A stretch of DNA of 64,000 nucleotides from Eledone cirrhosa. Its lineage: Eukaryota. The stretch is taken from NCBI GenBank assembly GCA_964016885.1, contig OZ024751.1, positions 9,238,001 to 9,302,000 on the forward strand, in the 5' to 3' direction. This document shows, in pieces, positions 12,979-25,364 of the stretch. A program made the translations under genes and the position numbers. The notes below the pieces were generated by a model. It searched no databases, had not been told where the DNA came from, and saw nothing but the letters and a program-made list of their open reading frames with translations. How positions within the stretch are numbered: position 1 is the stretch's first letter; every line of letters starts with the position of its first letter.

Positions 12979-14280
12979 TTAATTAGGTTTATAATATTTA
13001 AATGTTTTTCTTAGTTTATGATTACACGATATAATTAATTCCTGTCGTTTATTTAATAGGATATCCTTAGATTTCATTATTTCAAATAGTTCTTGGGAAC
13101 ATAATCTACATTCATTTCTATTATTTTGATAGGGGGTGGCTCTTTTGAGCACACTCCAGGTCATATCGTATTCTATATTCTTATTTTTATAACTATTGAT
13201 TTTTTCTGCTAGAGATGTTGTATTAGCCAGTGTGGCATTTTTAAAACTATGTTTGTGGGTATTAAACCTTACCTTAAAATTGTTAGAAGTAGCTCCTATA
13301 TATGAGCAAATAGAATCTTTAGTTTTAACATTACATTTATAAACTATGTTGTTAACAAGACAATTTCCTTTTAATGGGCAGTTTGCTTTGTTTCTACATT
13401 TACAACCTTTCGTTAATTCTGTATTTGAGGAGATATTATGGTTAGTTTGGTGTATTGGTGGTATACTTATGGTATTCTTACATTTATATGCGTTATAGGC
13501 ACTTATATTTTGTTTTATGTTATTGGTTGTTGAGTATGAGAATTTAACTGTAGACCTATTTAAGATTTGATGGTATTTGTGGTTTGGCGGGAAGTTTTTC
13601 TCTAGGATATAAAAAAATTTTTTAGCAATATTATCCTTAATTTGTAAATTAAATGGAGCATTAAAGCAAGTAACTCGTCTATTACGGTTTCTATGTTGTT
13701 TATTATTTTTATAGGTTGTATCGTGATGTTTACTAGGAGGATTAATGTTAATGATCTCACCACGCACATTTTTAGTTAGATTTATAGATTTAGGTGTTTT
13801 ATCTTGTTTATTAGGAGTTTTATTATTAACATTTATTAGAGTTGTATGATGAGTAGTTTTTTGAGAGTTACTATACTTTATATTAGAAGAGTTGTTTGTA
13901 TTTTTGGGTATAGTGTGGGTGGCATTTAGGTGTGTACTTTTCATTTGGTGTTTGTTGGTAATATTAGGTTGTATGTTTATAGTATTTTTATTTTTAGTAG
14001 AAGGTATATATTCTAATCTATTTTTGTGGCCACTTCTATCTAGAGCTTCATTATAGAAGGTCGCATTTTTATCAAATACATCTTGGTTAGAAGAAAGGTT
14101 AGAAATTCTAAGTGATATATTATATGCAAGGTTTTTAAGGATAGATTTAGGGTGATTAGATTGTGAGTGTATGTAGTGTAAGTTTTGGTTGGGTTTATGG
14201 TAAGGTTGGTAGATACCCGTAGCTAAGTCTAAAGTTATATCTAGGAAATTTACTACTTTACTTGTTTTTTCAAAAGTAAT
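12979..14280 (-). CDS. PLE (element C) RT thumb, N/K/T-rich linker and GIY-YIG; stop-free but 5'-truncated
   Basis: The frame stays open upstream of the listed ATG: VNFLDITLDL...YQPYHKPN...SNHPKSILKNL...FYNEALDRSGH, then CFNAPF, ILNRSTVKFSYS, CKCR...CPL.G.C, NIVYKC...YIGAT...FKVRFNTH, CRLC..E, LLNKRQE...CNH. Confidence 0.9.
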   Translation of the reverse strand: MTFEKTSKVVNFLDITLDLATGIYQPYHKPNQNLHYIHSQSNHPKSILKNLAYNISLRISNLSSNQDVFDKNATFYNEALDRSGHKNRLEYIPSTKNKNTINIQPNITNKHQMKSTHLNATHTIPKNTNNSSNIKYSNSQKTTHHTTLINVNNKTPNKQDKTPKSINLTKNVRGEIININPPSKHHDTTYKNNKQHRNRNRRVTCFNAPFNLQIKDNIAKKFFYILEKNFPPNHKYHQILNRSTVKFSYSTTNNIKQNISAYNAYKCKNTISIPPIHQTNHNISSNTELTKGCKCRNKANCPLKGNCLVNNIVYKCNVKTKDSICSYIGATSNNFKVRFNTHKHSFKNATLANTTSLAEKINSYKNKNIEYDMTWSVLKRATPYQNNRNECRLCSQELFEIMKSKDILLNKRQELIISCNHKLRKTFKYYKPN

Positions 14281-14568
14281 ATATATATTAGAGACATTTC
14301 AAAAGTATATATATATATTAGAGACATTTTCCTACATCACACAAATACCACAAAATCCTAAACCCAACCACTATAAGACTGCCATACTCTACAGCGTTAA
14401 ACCTTGAACAACACATAAAAAAGATCAATACTAGAAGGTTAAACGAAAACACTAAGAACTTAAGTACAAAAAAACACAAAAAAAACAGTAGACAATACAC
14501 TACAGAACATAAATAAGCCACACCTAAGTTCGTCCGCAATACTACTCCAGAGAAAACCCAACGTACAC

Positions 14569-15003
14569 AACTGTAACTGCACCTATCCTGACAACTGCCC
14601 CCTCGGCAATAACTGCCTGGAAAAAAATATTATTTATAAGTGTACCATTAAATCCGGAGGCAACGAGTGGTATTACGTGGGATCAACGGCAGCATCGTTC
14701 AAATCTCGATTATATAGGCATTCTTACTCAATAAAAGACCAGAGCCAAAGAAATGTAACAACTTTAGCAGAAAAAGCTTGGACGCTCAGGGATAGCGATC
14801 TAAAGTTTACTCTAAAATGGGAGAAATTAGCTAAAACCCAAAGCTTTTCCAGGAGCCAAAATTTCTGCAATTTATGTAATCTTGAGATTTATTACATAAT
14901 CACACACAAGAAGAAATTGCTGAATAACAGAATTGAACGAACATTATTCTGCCGTCACAGAACTAAAACCCTTTTTTCCCACTACAAGCCGAATATTACA
15001 TAA
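14569..15003 (+). CDS. PLE (element B) Cys linker plus GIY-YIG endonuclease fragment
   Basis: NCNCTYPDNCPLGNNCLEKNIIYKC...WYYVGSTAASFKSRLYRH...LKWEKLA...CNLCNLEIYYI...LLNNRIER...CRH. Closest to element A. Confidence 0.85.
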   Translation, partial: NCNCTYPDNCPLGNNCLEKNIIYKCTIKSGGNEWYYVGSTAASFKSRLYRHSYSIKDQSQRNVTTLAEKAWTLRDSDLKFTLKWEKLAKTQSFSRSQNFCNLCNLEIYYIITHKKKLLNNRIERTLFCRHRTKTLFSHYKPNIT

Positions 15004-15115
15004 AAGAGGGACAACCCCCAACTATATAAACCTCATTCTAGTTAGAAAAATATAAAAACAATCTCTTCTCAACATATATTAATAACCTTAAATTACCACA
15101 CTAATAATGGAAAGA

Positions 15116-15173
15116 TATGCTGATGAAAATAGGTGCAAATATGCGATAATGAATGTGTCTAAAAACGTCCATA
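15116..15173 (+). ncRNA. Hammerhead relic (GAAA changed to AAAA)
   Basis: tatg-CTGATGA-aaa-taggtgc...gtgtcta-AAAAC-GTC-cata, ~110 nt after the element B stop codon. Confidence 0.55.
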
Positions 15174-15274
15174 AGTATGTATATATATGTGAAAATGTAT
15201 ATAAATAAGTAAATATATATATATGTTTGATGTGTATAGTAAGATGTAAGTGTATTCATGTATTAAAGTGCTTA

Positions 15275-15327
<53 letters not shown>

Positions 15328-15894
15328 ATATATGTATATATGTATAGATGTGTATATATATGTATATGTGTACACATAGACTAGAGTATGTATGTATATA
15401 TGTGTGTGTCTATGCGTGCGTATATAAAGATAAGTTGAGTATGAAAATGTATACACAGGAACGCGTATGTATGTACATGAATACATGTGTGTATATATAT
15501 ATGTATGCATGTGTATATGTATGTAAGTATGAATATGTGAATGTGAGTATATGTATTTTGTAGAGGTGTGCAAATATATTTGTGTGTGAATGCGTGGGTG
15601 AAAGGATACGTACACTTGAAAGAAAAAAGAAAAATTTAAGTCTGAATGTTAATTAAGTGCAAACACAAAACCAACCACGCATATCTTTACTATCTCTAAT
15701 CCTTCTATAAATTTAGAAAAATAACCAATAATATATTCTATAAAAATGTCAAAATAACAGATGGGAATCTAATTACTCACTGCCACCAAAAATTCTCACT
15801 GCTATCAACAAACCACTCCCTCAACTATTCTTCTAACAACTTCACCCCTCCCTCCTAATATTCTCTATAAAAACCAAATAGGTCCTCAATAATA

Positions 15895-16015
15895 TTATTC
15901 TGATGAAATGACAGTAAATAATATCATTGAAATATTGAATGTCTGCATAACTAAAACTTTGTAGATAGCAGCTGTTTTCAGGTTGTGTAACTGTTATAGA
16001 AACACGTGTCAATAA
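15895..16015 (+). ncRNA. Type I hammerhead ribozyme with ~92-nt stem II
   Basis: ttatt-CTGATGA(15900)-atgacagt...actgttat-GAAAC-acgt-GTC-aataa. Predicted cleavage after 16010. Confidence 0.85.
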
Positions 16016-16162
16016 ATTCCTTTCAACTAAACTGTATCCATTCAAATATTTCTATTTTTCTCCGGATTACTTTTGGAACTACAACTGGAACCGTCGAGCA
16101 AACTCTACGTGAGCTGTCAATCTACTGTGTGTAATATTTATATTACAATACAACGGAAAATA

Positions 16163-16218
<56 letters not shown>

Positions 16219-17029
16219 ATACTTGGGAGGGTCGTATTGTTGTAATAATATTGTAATATTGCCAGAATTAATAACAGAACACACTCACTGTTTGGTTGGT
16301 TTTTGCTTCTGTATCTTTTATATCAGTTAATTTAATTTATTCGGTCCTCAATGTTACCATTGACTGACCAACGGTCAAAACTACAGATATAATATAGACA
16401 CAAACACATATATATAGTCTAACAAAGTTATTTCGTTGCACATCAGCAACATCGTCTGTGGTGCTATTATGTTTCCCCCTGTTGTATTGTATGTCTATGC
16501 CATCTTTATTTATATGTTTGTTGTTATTGTGCTTGTGTATGTATTTATTTATTCATATATATATTTGAAATGTATTTGGTGGTACATGTTATACATGTTG
16601 TAAATATGTCCTGATACAAGTATCTATATGTAAGCAGTAATGACAAAATTATATTTTATAGCCAATTCCACTCTGCACTTTATTGTTGTGTGATTTGTGA
16701 CTTTAGTAGGATTTACATATGTAGGTTACAGGCAGTGGATTTGAACCCCAAAATATGCAGATACGAAACAAAAAGTGCCATTATGCATATATCTACTGCT
16801 TTAAATGACTATTGCAAAGGATCAATGAATAGTATAGATGAAAGACATGTATTACTGCAAAGTACGATGTTGTCTCTAATCTAGAAAGTTTCATATTCCT
16901 ATAAATCATATATTAAAGACGATGTGACTTTTATAGATTTTGCAATGGTTTCAAGGATTTTGATTGAGTAAAGTTCAATATATAAGCATTCACACACACA
17001 CACACACACACACGCGCACACATACATAT

Positions 17030-17101
<72 letters not shown>

Positions 17102-17102
17102 A

Positions 17103-17136
<34 letters not shown>

Positions 17137-18764
17137 CATGTATATATGTATATATATATCTACACAGACCCACACACACACACATACACACACACACACA
17201 CACACAATATGTATATGTGGGTGGGTCTTGCATTTCATTCCCGACAAGTGTACATTCTTTTAGCACCAGTACAATCATAACCTGCAAGTAAGCCCTTGAT
17301 TACAAAATAAAATTTACCTATGTACAGTATAAATACACACACACATGGACATATATATATAATGTATATACACATACAGTATATATATAAATATTCATAT
17401 ATAGATGTATTTCTTTTTATTCATACATACGTACACACTTACCTTGCATACGTACACACACACACATATATATATATGCTTATATATACATCTATATATA
17501 TATGTCTGTGTGTGTGTATGTATATAATAGTGCACACACACTTATGTATTTGTATGTGGGTGGATTGTGAATAGCTATGTAGCTATATTTCTCTATATTT
17601 CAATGGGTGCAGCATCGATATCGATGGAAAGCATTGTTTTTACATTGTATTTGCTTATTTTGAAGGGATAGTTTTTCATTCTCTTTCAATTGGCTATTCA
17701 TTTCATTTGAAGACAATACAATATGAAATGGAATTTGCCTCGAATAAATGTCGACAATATATCATTAGTACACCTTTAAAATAGCGAAATTCTTGATAGA
17801 ATGTCAAAAATATAAAATATCTAAAACATATATATGGATTTTATTCAAACGTAGTTATAGAGTAGAAGCGAAAGCTTTATAAGAGTTATAATATGAACAT
17901 TGATCAGAAGACATACAAGAATAGTGTAATCTATAAGAATAATGGAAAAAATAAACTATAATTACGAATATATTTCTGGGTCCATTTCCTTTTACAAATC
18001 GAACAACCAGTCTATCCCCATCTAATTGTATTTATTTTATCAAGTTTTCTAACAGCTATTTATATATTCCCAACGCGTTTTTCATACATTTTATTTTCTA
18101 TCTTCAAGTCTAGACTATTATTTTTTTTTTACTAAATAAATTGTATTTATCTAACAATTTATATAACTATATATCTATATATCTCTATAACTAATTGTCG
18201 CTTTATATATATATATATATTAATATAAAAAAAATATGTATATATATAAAATATATATATGCATATATATAATATATGTATGTGTACATATGTATATATA
18301 TATATATATGTATGTATACATATGCATTTATACGTATGTATGTATAGATATAGGAGTGTCAAAATTGTCTGAATTGATGGAATTACAGTCTGGCAGGGAT
18401 GTTTCGATTCTCCACGGCTCAGACCATCTACATCAGTTCATAAATATATATATATTATAAAGAAACGACGTTCATGTCTGTAGGTAGCGGAGTAATTGAC
18501 AGGCAATTCGTTAACTTGCAGTGCATAGCTACAAACGCCCCATTGGCCTTAATATATCCTCCATTTTTTTAAAAACTATGATCTACTGCATGAATAGAAA
18601 CGTCTCCAGGGGTTCCCACTGAAGTGATGAATCATCTCGGTGCGTATTTCTATCTAGGACTATATATATTGAGAGAGAGATGGATAGATAGATAGATTGA
18701 TAGATAGATAGAGAGATAGATATACATTAATGTCTATATATTTATATATATTTATATATGAATG

Positions 18765-18821
<57 letters not shown>

Positions 18822-18895
18822 ATGTATGGTATGTGTGTGTGTATATATATATATATGTATGGTATGCGTATGTATATATATATGTATGGTATGTG

Positions 18896-18927
<32 letters not shown>

Positions 18928-19304
18928 TATAGTATATTATATTATATATACATATATACGTGAGTTTGCGTTGATACGTGTTAGTTTATATTTACGTTTC
19001 TGTCTTTGTTTTATTTTGCTCGTTCGTTATTTTGTATTAATCTTCATCCATCATTTATCCACGTCAACCATCCAGGAATTCTTTAACTTGGGAACAAATA
19101 CAATGTTTGTTTTCTTTCTTTCTCAACTAACTTTACTTCTCAGATTTCTTTCGGCTTCAATACGGTTCGCTGATGAGCTTCTATAGTTAGTTCGGACTGG
19201 CTAAATAATAATAAAAAAACTTGAAATATGTTCATTATATTTATTATTTTTACTATTATTATTTGTAGATATTATCATGAGTGTTGTGGATCAGATTATT
19301 TGAG

Positions 19305-19495
19305 GGCGGTGGATTGGCAGTATCGGTAGAGAGTCGGACGCCATGCTTTCCAGCATAGTTACGTCCCTTTACGATGTGAGTTCAAATTCCGCCGAGGTTG
19401 ACTTTGCCTTTCATCCTTACAGGGTCGATAAAATAAAGTACCAGTAATACACTGGGTAATTGCTGGCCTTGTGCCTAAAGTAGAAACAATTATTT
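19305..19495 (+). mobile_element. SINE family 1, near full length
   Basis: Same head, central domain and tail as 4935-5090. Confidence 0.9.
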
Positions 19496-19707
19496 GTTGG
19501 AGATGTGTAAAATAAATTTCTAGTATTTCTTCGTGTTCCGTTTATGTTGAATTCAATGTATAGCTACGTCAGCCATTCCTGTCATCCTTATGTAGTCGAT
19601 AGAGTAATGTACCAGTATAGCACTGGGGTCGATTTACTTTACTTTCATCTCTCCCCAAATGTGATGGTCTTGTGGCTAACTCAGAAACCGTTATTATTAT
19701 TATTATT

Positions 19708-19917
19708 TGGATTGGCAGTATCGGTAGTGCGGGAGACACCTTGCTTCGCGGGATAGTTACTGCCCTTTACGTTCTGAGTTCCATTTACGACGAGGTTAAC
19801 TTTGCCTTTCATCCTCTTGGGGTCGATAAAATAAAGTACCAGTAAGTACTGGGGTCGATTTAATCCACATTCACCTCCCCTGAAAATTGCGGGCCTTGTA
19901 CTTAAAGTAGAACACTT

Positions 19918-19920
<3 letters not shown>
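19708..19920 (+). mobile_element. SINE family 1 variant with longer 3' part, followed by (ATC)n
   Basis: gattggcagtatcggtag...gcctttcatcc...ggtcgataaaataaagtacc...ggccttgtac. Confidence 0.8.
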
Positions 19921-19951
<31 letters not shown>

Positions 19952-20124
19952 AGCGTGTTGTGGATTGGCTTATTCGTTAGATAATGGAAAATGGTTTCCT
20001 AATATTTCTTTCTGCTCCTTACATGCTGAGCTCAAAACACGTCGTGGTCGCCTTTCCCTTTCATCATTCCAGTCTCAAAAAATGAAATAACGTTAGAGTG
20101 ATTGGGTTGATTTAATTGACTCGC

Positions 20125-20235
20125 CACCACCAACCCTACCACCACCAACCATACCACCACCAACCCTACCACCATCAACCCTACCACCACCAACCCTACC
20201 ACCATCAACCCTACCACCATCAACCCTACCACCAC
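20125..20235. repeat. 15-bp minisatellite (CAACCCTACCACCAY), about 7 copies
   Basis: Direct reading. Confidence 0.85.
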
Positions 20236-20917
20236 GAAATAAAAGTTAAAATTGCTAGTTTCCTGCGTAAATTAGATGACATTATTTTTTATTGATTTTT
20301 TTTTATATATGTGTTTTTTTTATTATTTTCCCTCCGATCTACTTTATAAAAACACCGCTTTATTTTGTTTTTCGTCATTATATTGTTGGTTCTGGCATAT
20401 ACATATTACTTTCCTTTAATTGTGACATCAACGTGGGATCCTGCCTCCTCAAATAATAAAAAGACGAGTATATTGGCAATGAAATGATTATGTACTAAAA
20501 CAAATAACATAGTTTTGACTTCAACAAATTTGATAATACTTTTGCCTAATCAGATTTGACCTAATGGTCAACAACACCAATAATTTAAGGGCTAACGTTG
20601 ACTTTGCCTCTAGGTATAATAGCTCTCCTCTCTTTCAATTATTGGTTTCATACGTTTTACGATTTTTTTGTGAATTGGGCTGATAGCTATTACCAAGGCT
20701 TTAATTGTACTTGTCAGATAAAATATAAATAATTCCGCCAACGGTTTACTCCACTGCCAATTACAGACACTGTAATTGATAGTGTTCCAAACATTTGGCT
20801 GAACATATAGAGAGGTGGATAGCGAGAGGGGGTTATATATATATATATATATATATACATACATGTATACATACATACAACAAAATGTACATAAAACAAG
20901 ATCTATATACGTACAGA

Positions 20918-20952
<35 letters not shown>

Positions 20953-21007
20953 CATACTTACAACCAAATACACATACATATAACTATACATGCAACCAAA
21001 TATACAT

Positions 21008-21195
21008 AATTGTTTCTACTTTTGGCACAGGGCCAGCAATTATTCCAGTGTATTACTGGTACTTTATTTTATCGACCCCGTAAGGATAAAAGGCAAAGTT
21101 AACCTCCGCGGGATTTGAACTCAGTATGGCAAGAGCCGTAACAATATGCGTCACAGCATGGCGTCCGACACTCTACCGATACTGCCAATCCACCA
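21008..21195 (-). mobile_element. SINE family 1 with TSD aatatacataat
   Basis: Reverse complement of the full family-1 unit, with a direct repeat on both flanks. Confidence 0.9.
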
Positions 21196-21578
21196 ATATA
21201 CATAATACAAAAGCAACCAAATATACATACATACAACCAAATATATTTACATACAAAATATACGTATATATATAATCATACATACATACATATATGTAAT
21301 GAATATATAGGTGTATTGGAGGGTGTATTGTATGCAGGTCGCTCTGTTGCTCGATATATATATATATATTGTTAGTGTTGCGCTTTTAGTATCTGACTTT
21401 CTACAGTCTCTCCTTTGTATTCCCAGTTCTTTTCTGTTGTGTTTGACAATATCTCGCACATAGCCAATATATCTTCCCTTCTGTTTGTTTAGTGATTTTA
21501 CAAACTCTCTCTCCCTGCCTCTATCTCTCTCCCCCCCCTCTCTCTCTCTATATATATATATATATATGTGTGTGTGTG

Positions 21579-21830
21579 AAGGCGCATGGCTTAGTGGTTA
21601 AAGCATTGGGCTTGCAATCGTAAGGTTGTGAGTTCAATTCTCGAACCGGGTGATGTGTTGTTTCCTTGAGCAAGACACTTTATTTCACGTTTCTCCAGTT
21701 TACTCAGCTGTAGAAATGAGTATCGGCCTGCCCGCCCAGCCAGTGGGATGGCATTATATTATGGCTAAAATAGCACGACGTGCTGTGACCAGCGGCGCGG
21801 ATTGGTGCCCGACAGACTGGTCGGTAAAGA
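21579..21830 (+). mobile_element. tRNA-derived SINE family 2 (CORE-like)
   Basis: A box tggcttagtgg, B box gagttcaattc, then tccttgagcaagacactt. Confidence 0.75.
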
Positions 21831-22251
21831 TGATACATATATATATATATATTTAGGTTTGTTGATTCACCAATGGATAGAACTGGTCATTCCGTATGGT
21901 CAACCTCGATGTAATATTATGGAGAGCACTCAACGTAATGCAACTCACGTAATGATCATAGTATAATAAATCTTTTAAGGAATTACACCAGTCCAGCCTC
22001 CTGCTATTTAATAATAATAATAATAATAATATATATATATATATTAATGCAATGAAATATCTATGATCGTCGGCAAATCACTGATGAGGGACTTATTTTA
22101 TTACATGTTATCCATGTGCTACCAGCAGTATTTTTCTCCCCATTTTATCATATATATATATATATATATATATATTACTGTTATATCAAGCGTTAACCTA
22201 ATATATCCCTTCCATATACTGTACCGATTGTGTTATTATTTCTGTTTACCT

Positions 22252-22283
<32 letters not shown>

Positions 22284-22319
22284 CATACATACATACATAC
22301 ATACATACATACATACATA

Positions 22320-22922
22320 CATGGTGGCTGCCAACTCGTTTTCGAGTACGGCCACTACTTTATATCCATGTAGAAGAACTCCTACCGATGCGCTGAACAA
22401 GTGTGACTTTTTAGTCCAGCCAGCGATTTGAAAACTCTGGTACAAACACTACACCTGTGACAATTATTGACACATAGTGCTGATCCCATGGTACCATGTG
22501 ACGACAAATGCAGAGAGATCTCCAGATATGAAGCAATGCCTGTGCCGTGAAGCTTTTATAGTGAGCAAAGGCACTGCACAAAGCCAGTCCCACTCTCTTA
22601 ACCAAGATGATATTTACCAAAAAGAAGAACAAGTCAACATCATTGGATACCATCAGGGCTGCAGGTGTTATATCAGAGTTTTCCTTCTCCTAGAATTCTG
22701 CCTTGACAAAGGCTAAGGGGTCATCTCTCCCGGTGATTTTGGATGGCCATTGACTCTTAAGAGCTCCTTTGCCCTTTGACAGGTTTTGTTTTTAGTCCTG
22801 CAGGATGTCCAAAGTCACGCTCCTCACCAAGAAACCTTGGTGGGGTTGCCAGTTTAGTCGCCAACCACCCGACCAAGAGACAGGTTGTACTGGGATACAT
22901 GTTACAAGTAGCACCAACTGGT
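22320..22922 (-). mobile_element. Probable RTE-type LINE 5' UTR fragment between (ATAC)n tracts
   Basis: The minus strand contains tctaggagaaggaaaactctga, recalled from RTE-clade 5' regions. No ORF, and the assignment is from memory only. Confidence 0.4.
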
Positions 22923-23250
22923 GTATGTATATAAGTATATAGATACACATATACATACATACATACATACATACATACATACATACATACATACATACAT
23001 ACATACATACATACAGACATACATACATATAGTTCTTAGCACGTGGCCTGAATTCCTTTCAGAGTTCATTGTCACGCGCATGTATTGTTGTTTTTTTTGG
23101 CGGTAATTCACTTCCTCATTTTTTGAATCAGTTCGAGCACTTCTTTCAGAACTGCTGGACTCGCTACCTGACAGATACCTCAGGCACAGAAAGTGATTAT
23201 CGCTAAATGCTGATGTTGGTTAGATTATCAATATTAGTATTATTGGGGCA

Positions 23251-23377
23251 CCCACTGATGAATTATAGGGGCCCACTTGAATATATATCTATTGATGGTA
23301 TACAAGCTCCTACATAAATTGGTATAATTTCACCCAAATTGTAGGAGTTCTATAATGAAACGAGACTTCCGTCTGGG
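23251..23377 (+). ncRNA. Type I hammerhead ribozyme with branched ~95-nt stem II
   Basis: ccca-CTGATGA(23255)-attatag...[agctcctac/gtaggagtt]...ctataat-GAAAC-g(agacttc)c-GTC-tggg. Predicted cleavage after 23373. Confidence 0.85.
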
Positions 23378-23552
23378 AAGAGATATATTAGATATGTCTC
23401 ATTTGAAATAATACAGCCAATTTTCCACGCAATACTTTTAGTTAGCACCCCGAACACATAATTGGGAATATAATCACTTATTTCCTAATGTCTGTTGGGT
23501 GAGTTGGAATTTGGTCTGAGTATCGCTAAAAAGCTTTCTCCGATATTGTATT

Positions 23553-23604
<52 letters not shown>

Positions 23605-23802
23605 ATATATGTGTATCTGTATACTTATATACATACACATGTGTGTATATATATATATATTTATTAAAATAACAGATTAAATATTTGCTCTACGGTTCTT
23701 ATATATTTGATATATATTTATCCTTATCGAGCCCTCTTTGGATTTTAGTCTTCAAATTTATTATTATTACTATATATATTTTTGTTCAACACTGACACAG
23801 GA

Positions 23803-23845
23803 ACGATGTACTAGTTTCAAGCTTGTTAGCTATCATCAGCACCGT
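23803..23845 (-). ncRNA. Minimal type I hammerhead (inverted copy)
   Basis: Exact reverse complement of 24532-24574. Confidence 0.85.
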
Positions 23846-24246
23846 ATACCCATCTGCCAGATAGTTGAACGTTCGAAAGTATATACTTTCCTTATGAAAA
23901 TTAACGGCTGAGCAGCCTAATTTGCATATCGAGTGAGTTAAATCGGTCAGGCGTACCGAAACGATGAGTTGTAATAAAATGAAAACGATATTTCATTTCT
24001 CACTCTTAGTACGGAACTTACTTAAATGTAAGTATGTATGTATACGTACATACATATATGTATACAGACGTACAAGCTTGAAACTAGTACATCGTTCCTG
24101 TGTCAGTGTTGAACAAAAAGGTGACGTGGTTGCCTTAACACCGTGCGGCATAAATTCAGGCTGTTCAGTTTGTTTACAAACGAACAAAGCGGGCGGTATA
24201 ATAAGCGTCCGCTAAACTGATGCGTACATATATGTATGTGTACCTG

Positions 24247-24296
<50 letters not shown>

Positions 24297-24531
24297 TACT
24301 ACTGTACGTCTGTATACATATATGTATGTACGTATACATACATACTTACATTTAAGTAAGTGCCGTACTAAGAGTGAGAAATGAAATTTCGTTTTCATTT
24401 TATTACAACTCATCGTTTCGGTGCACCTGACCGATTTAACTCGCTCGAGATGCAAATTAGGCTGCTCAGCCGTTAATTTTCATAAGGAAAGTATATACTT
24501 TCGAACGTTCAACTATCTGGCAGATGGGTAT

Positions 24532-24574
24532 ACGGTGCTGATGATAGCTAACAAGCTTGAAACTAGTACATCGT
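24532..24574 (+). ncRNA. Minimal type I hammerhead
   Basis: acggtg-CTGATGA-t-agct(aaca)agct-t-GAAAC-ta-GTA-catcgt. Predicted cleavage after 24568. Confidence 0.9.
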
Positions 24575-24720
24575 TCCTGTGTCAGTGTTGAACAAAAAGG
24601 TGACGTGGTTGCCTTAACACCGTGCGGCATAAATTCAGGCTGTTCAGTTTGTTTACAAACGAACAAAGCGGGCGCTATAATAAGCGTCCGCTGATGCGTA
24701 CATATATGTATGTGTACCTG

Positions 24721-24802
<82 letters not shown>

Positions 24803-25037
24803 TGCTACTGTACGTCTGTATACATATATGTATGTACGTATACATACATACTTACATTTAAGTAAGTGCCGTACTAAGAGTGAGAAATGAAATTTCGTTT
24901 TCATTTTATTACAACTCATCGTTTCGGTGCGCCTGACCGATTTAACTCACTCGATATGCAAATTAGGCTGCTCAGCCGTTAATTTTCATAAGGAAAGTAT
25001 ATATTTTCGAACGTTCAACTATCTGGCAGATGGGTAT

Positions 25038-25080
25038 ACGGTGCTGATGATAGCTAACCAGCTTGAAACTAGTACATCGT
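25038..25080 (+). ncRNA. Minimal type I hammerhead
   Basis: Same as 24532, with a single change in the stem II loop (aaca to aacc). Predicted cleavage after 25074. Confidence 0.9.
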
Positions 25081-25321
25081 TTCTGTGTCAGTGTTGAACA
25101 AAAAGGTGACGTGGTTGCCTTAACACCGTGCGGCATAAATTCAGGCTGTTCAGTTTGTTTACAAACGAACAAAGCGGGCGCTATAATATATATATATATA
25201 TATATGCATGCTACTGTACGTCTGTATACATATATGTATGTACGTATGCATACATACTTACATTTAAGTAAGTGCCGTACTAAGAGTGAGAAATGAAATT
25301 TCGTTTTCATTTTATTACAAC

Positions 25322-25364
<43 letters not shown>

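Larger units (their letters stand above)
23781..25322. mobile_element. Non-coding HHR-bearing tandem element (retrozyme-like or PLE pLTR array) with an inverted 5' partial copy
   Basis: Plus-strand units start at 24072, 24551 and 25057 (periods 479 and 506), with an inverted copy at 23781-24074. One HHR per unit. Confidence 0.85.

Noticed and set aside
19165-19240. CTGATGA followed by a hairpin and GAAA
   Set aside because: No stem I and no convincing stem II closure.
20125-20235. Telomere-like AACCCTA repeats
   Set aside because: Embedded in a 15-bp unit, not a (CCCTAA)n array.
21579-21655. tRNA-like sequence with A and B boxes
   Set aside because: It is a SINE head that continues into the SINE body and has no complete cloverleaf.
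22076-22125. CTGATGA with gga/tcc pairing
   Set aside because: No GAAA strand or cleavage triplet.
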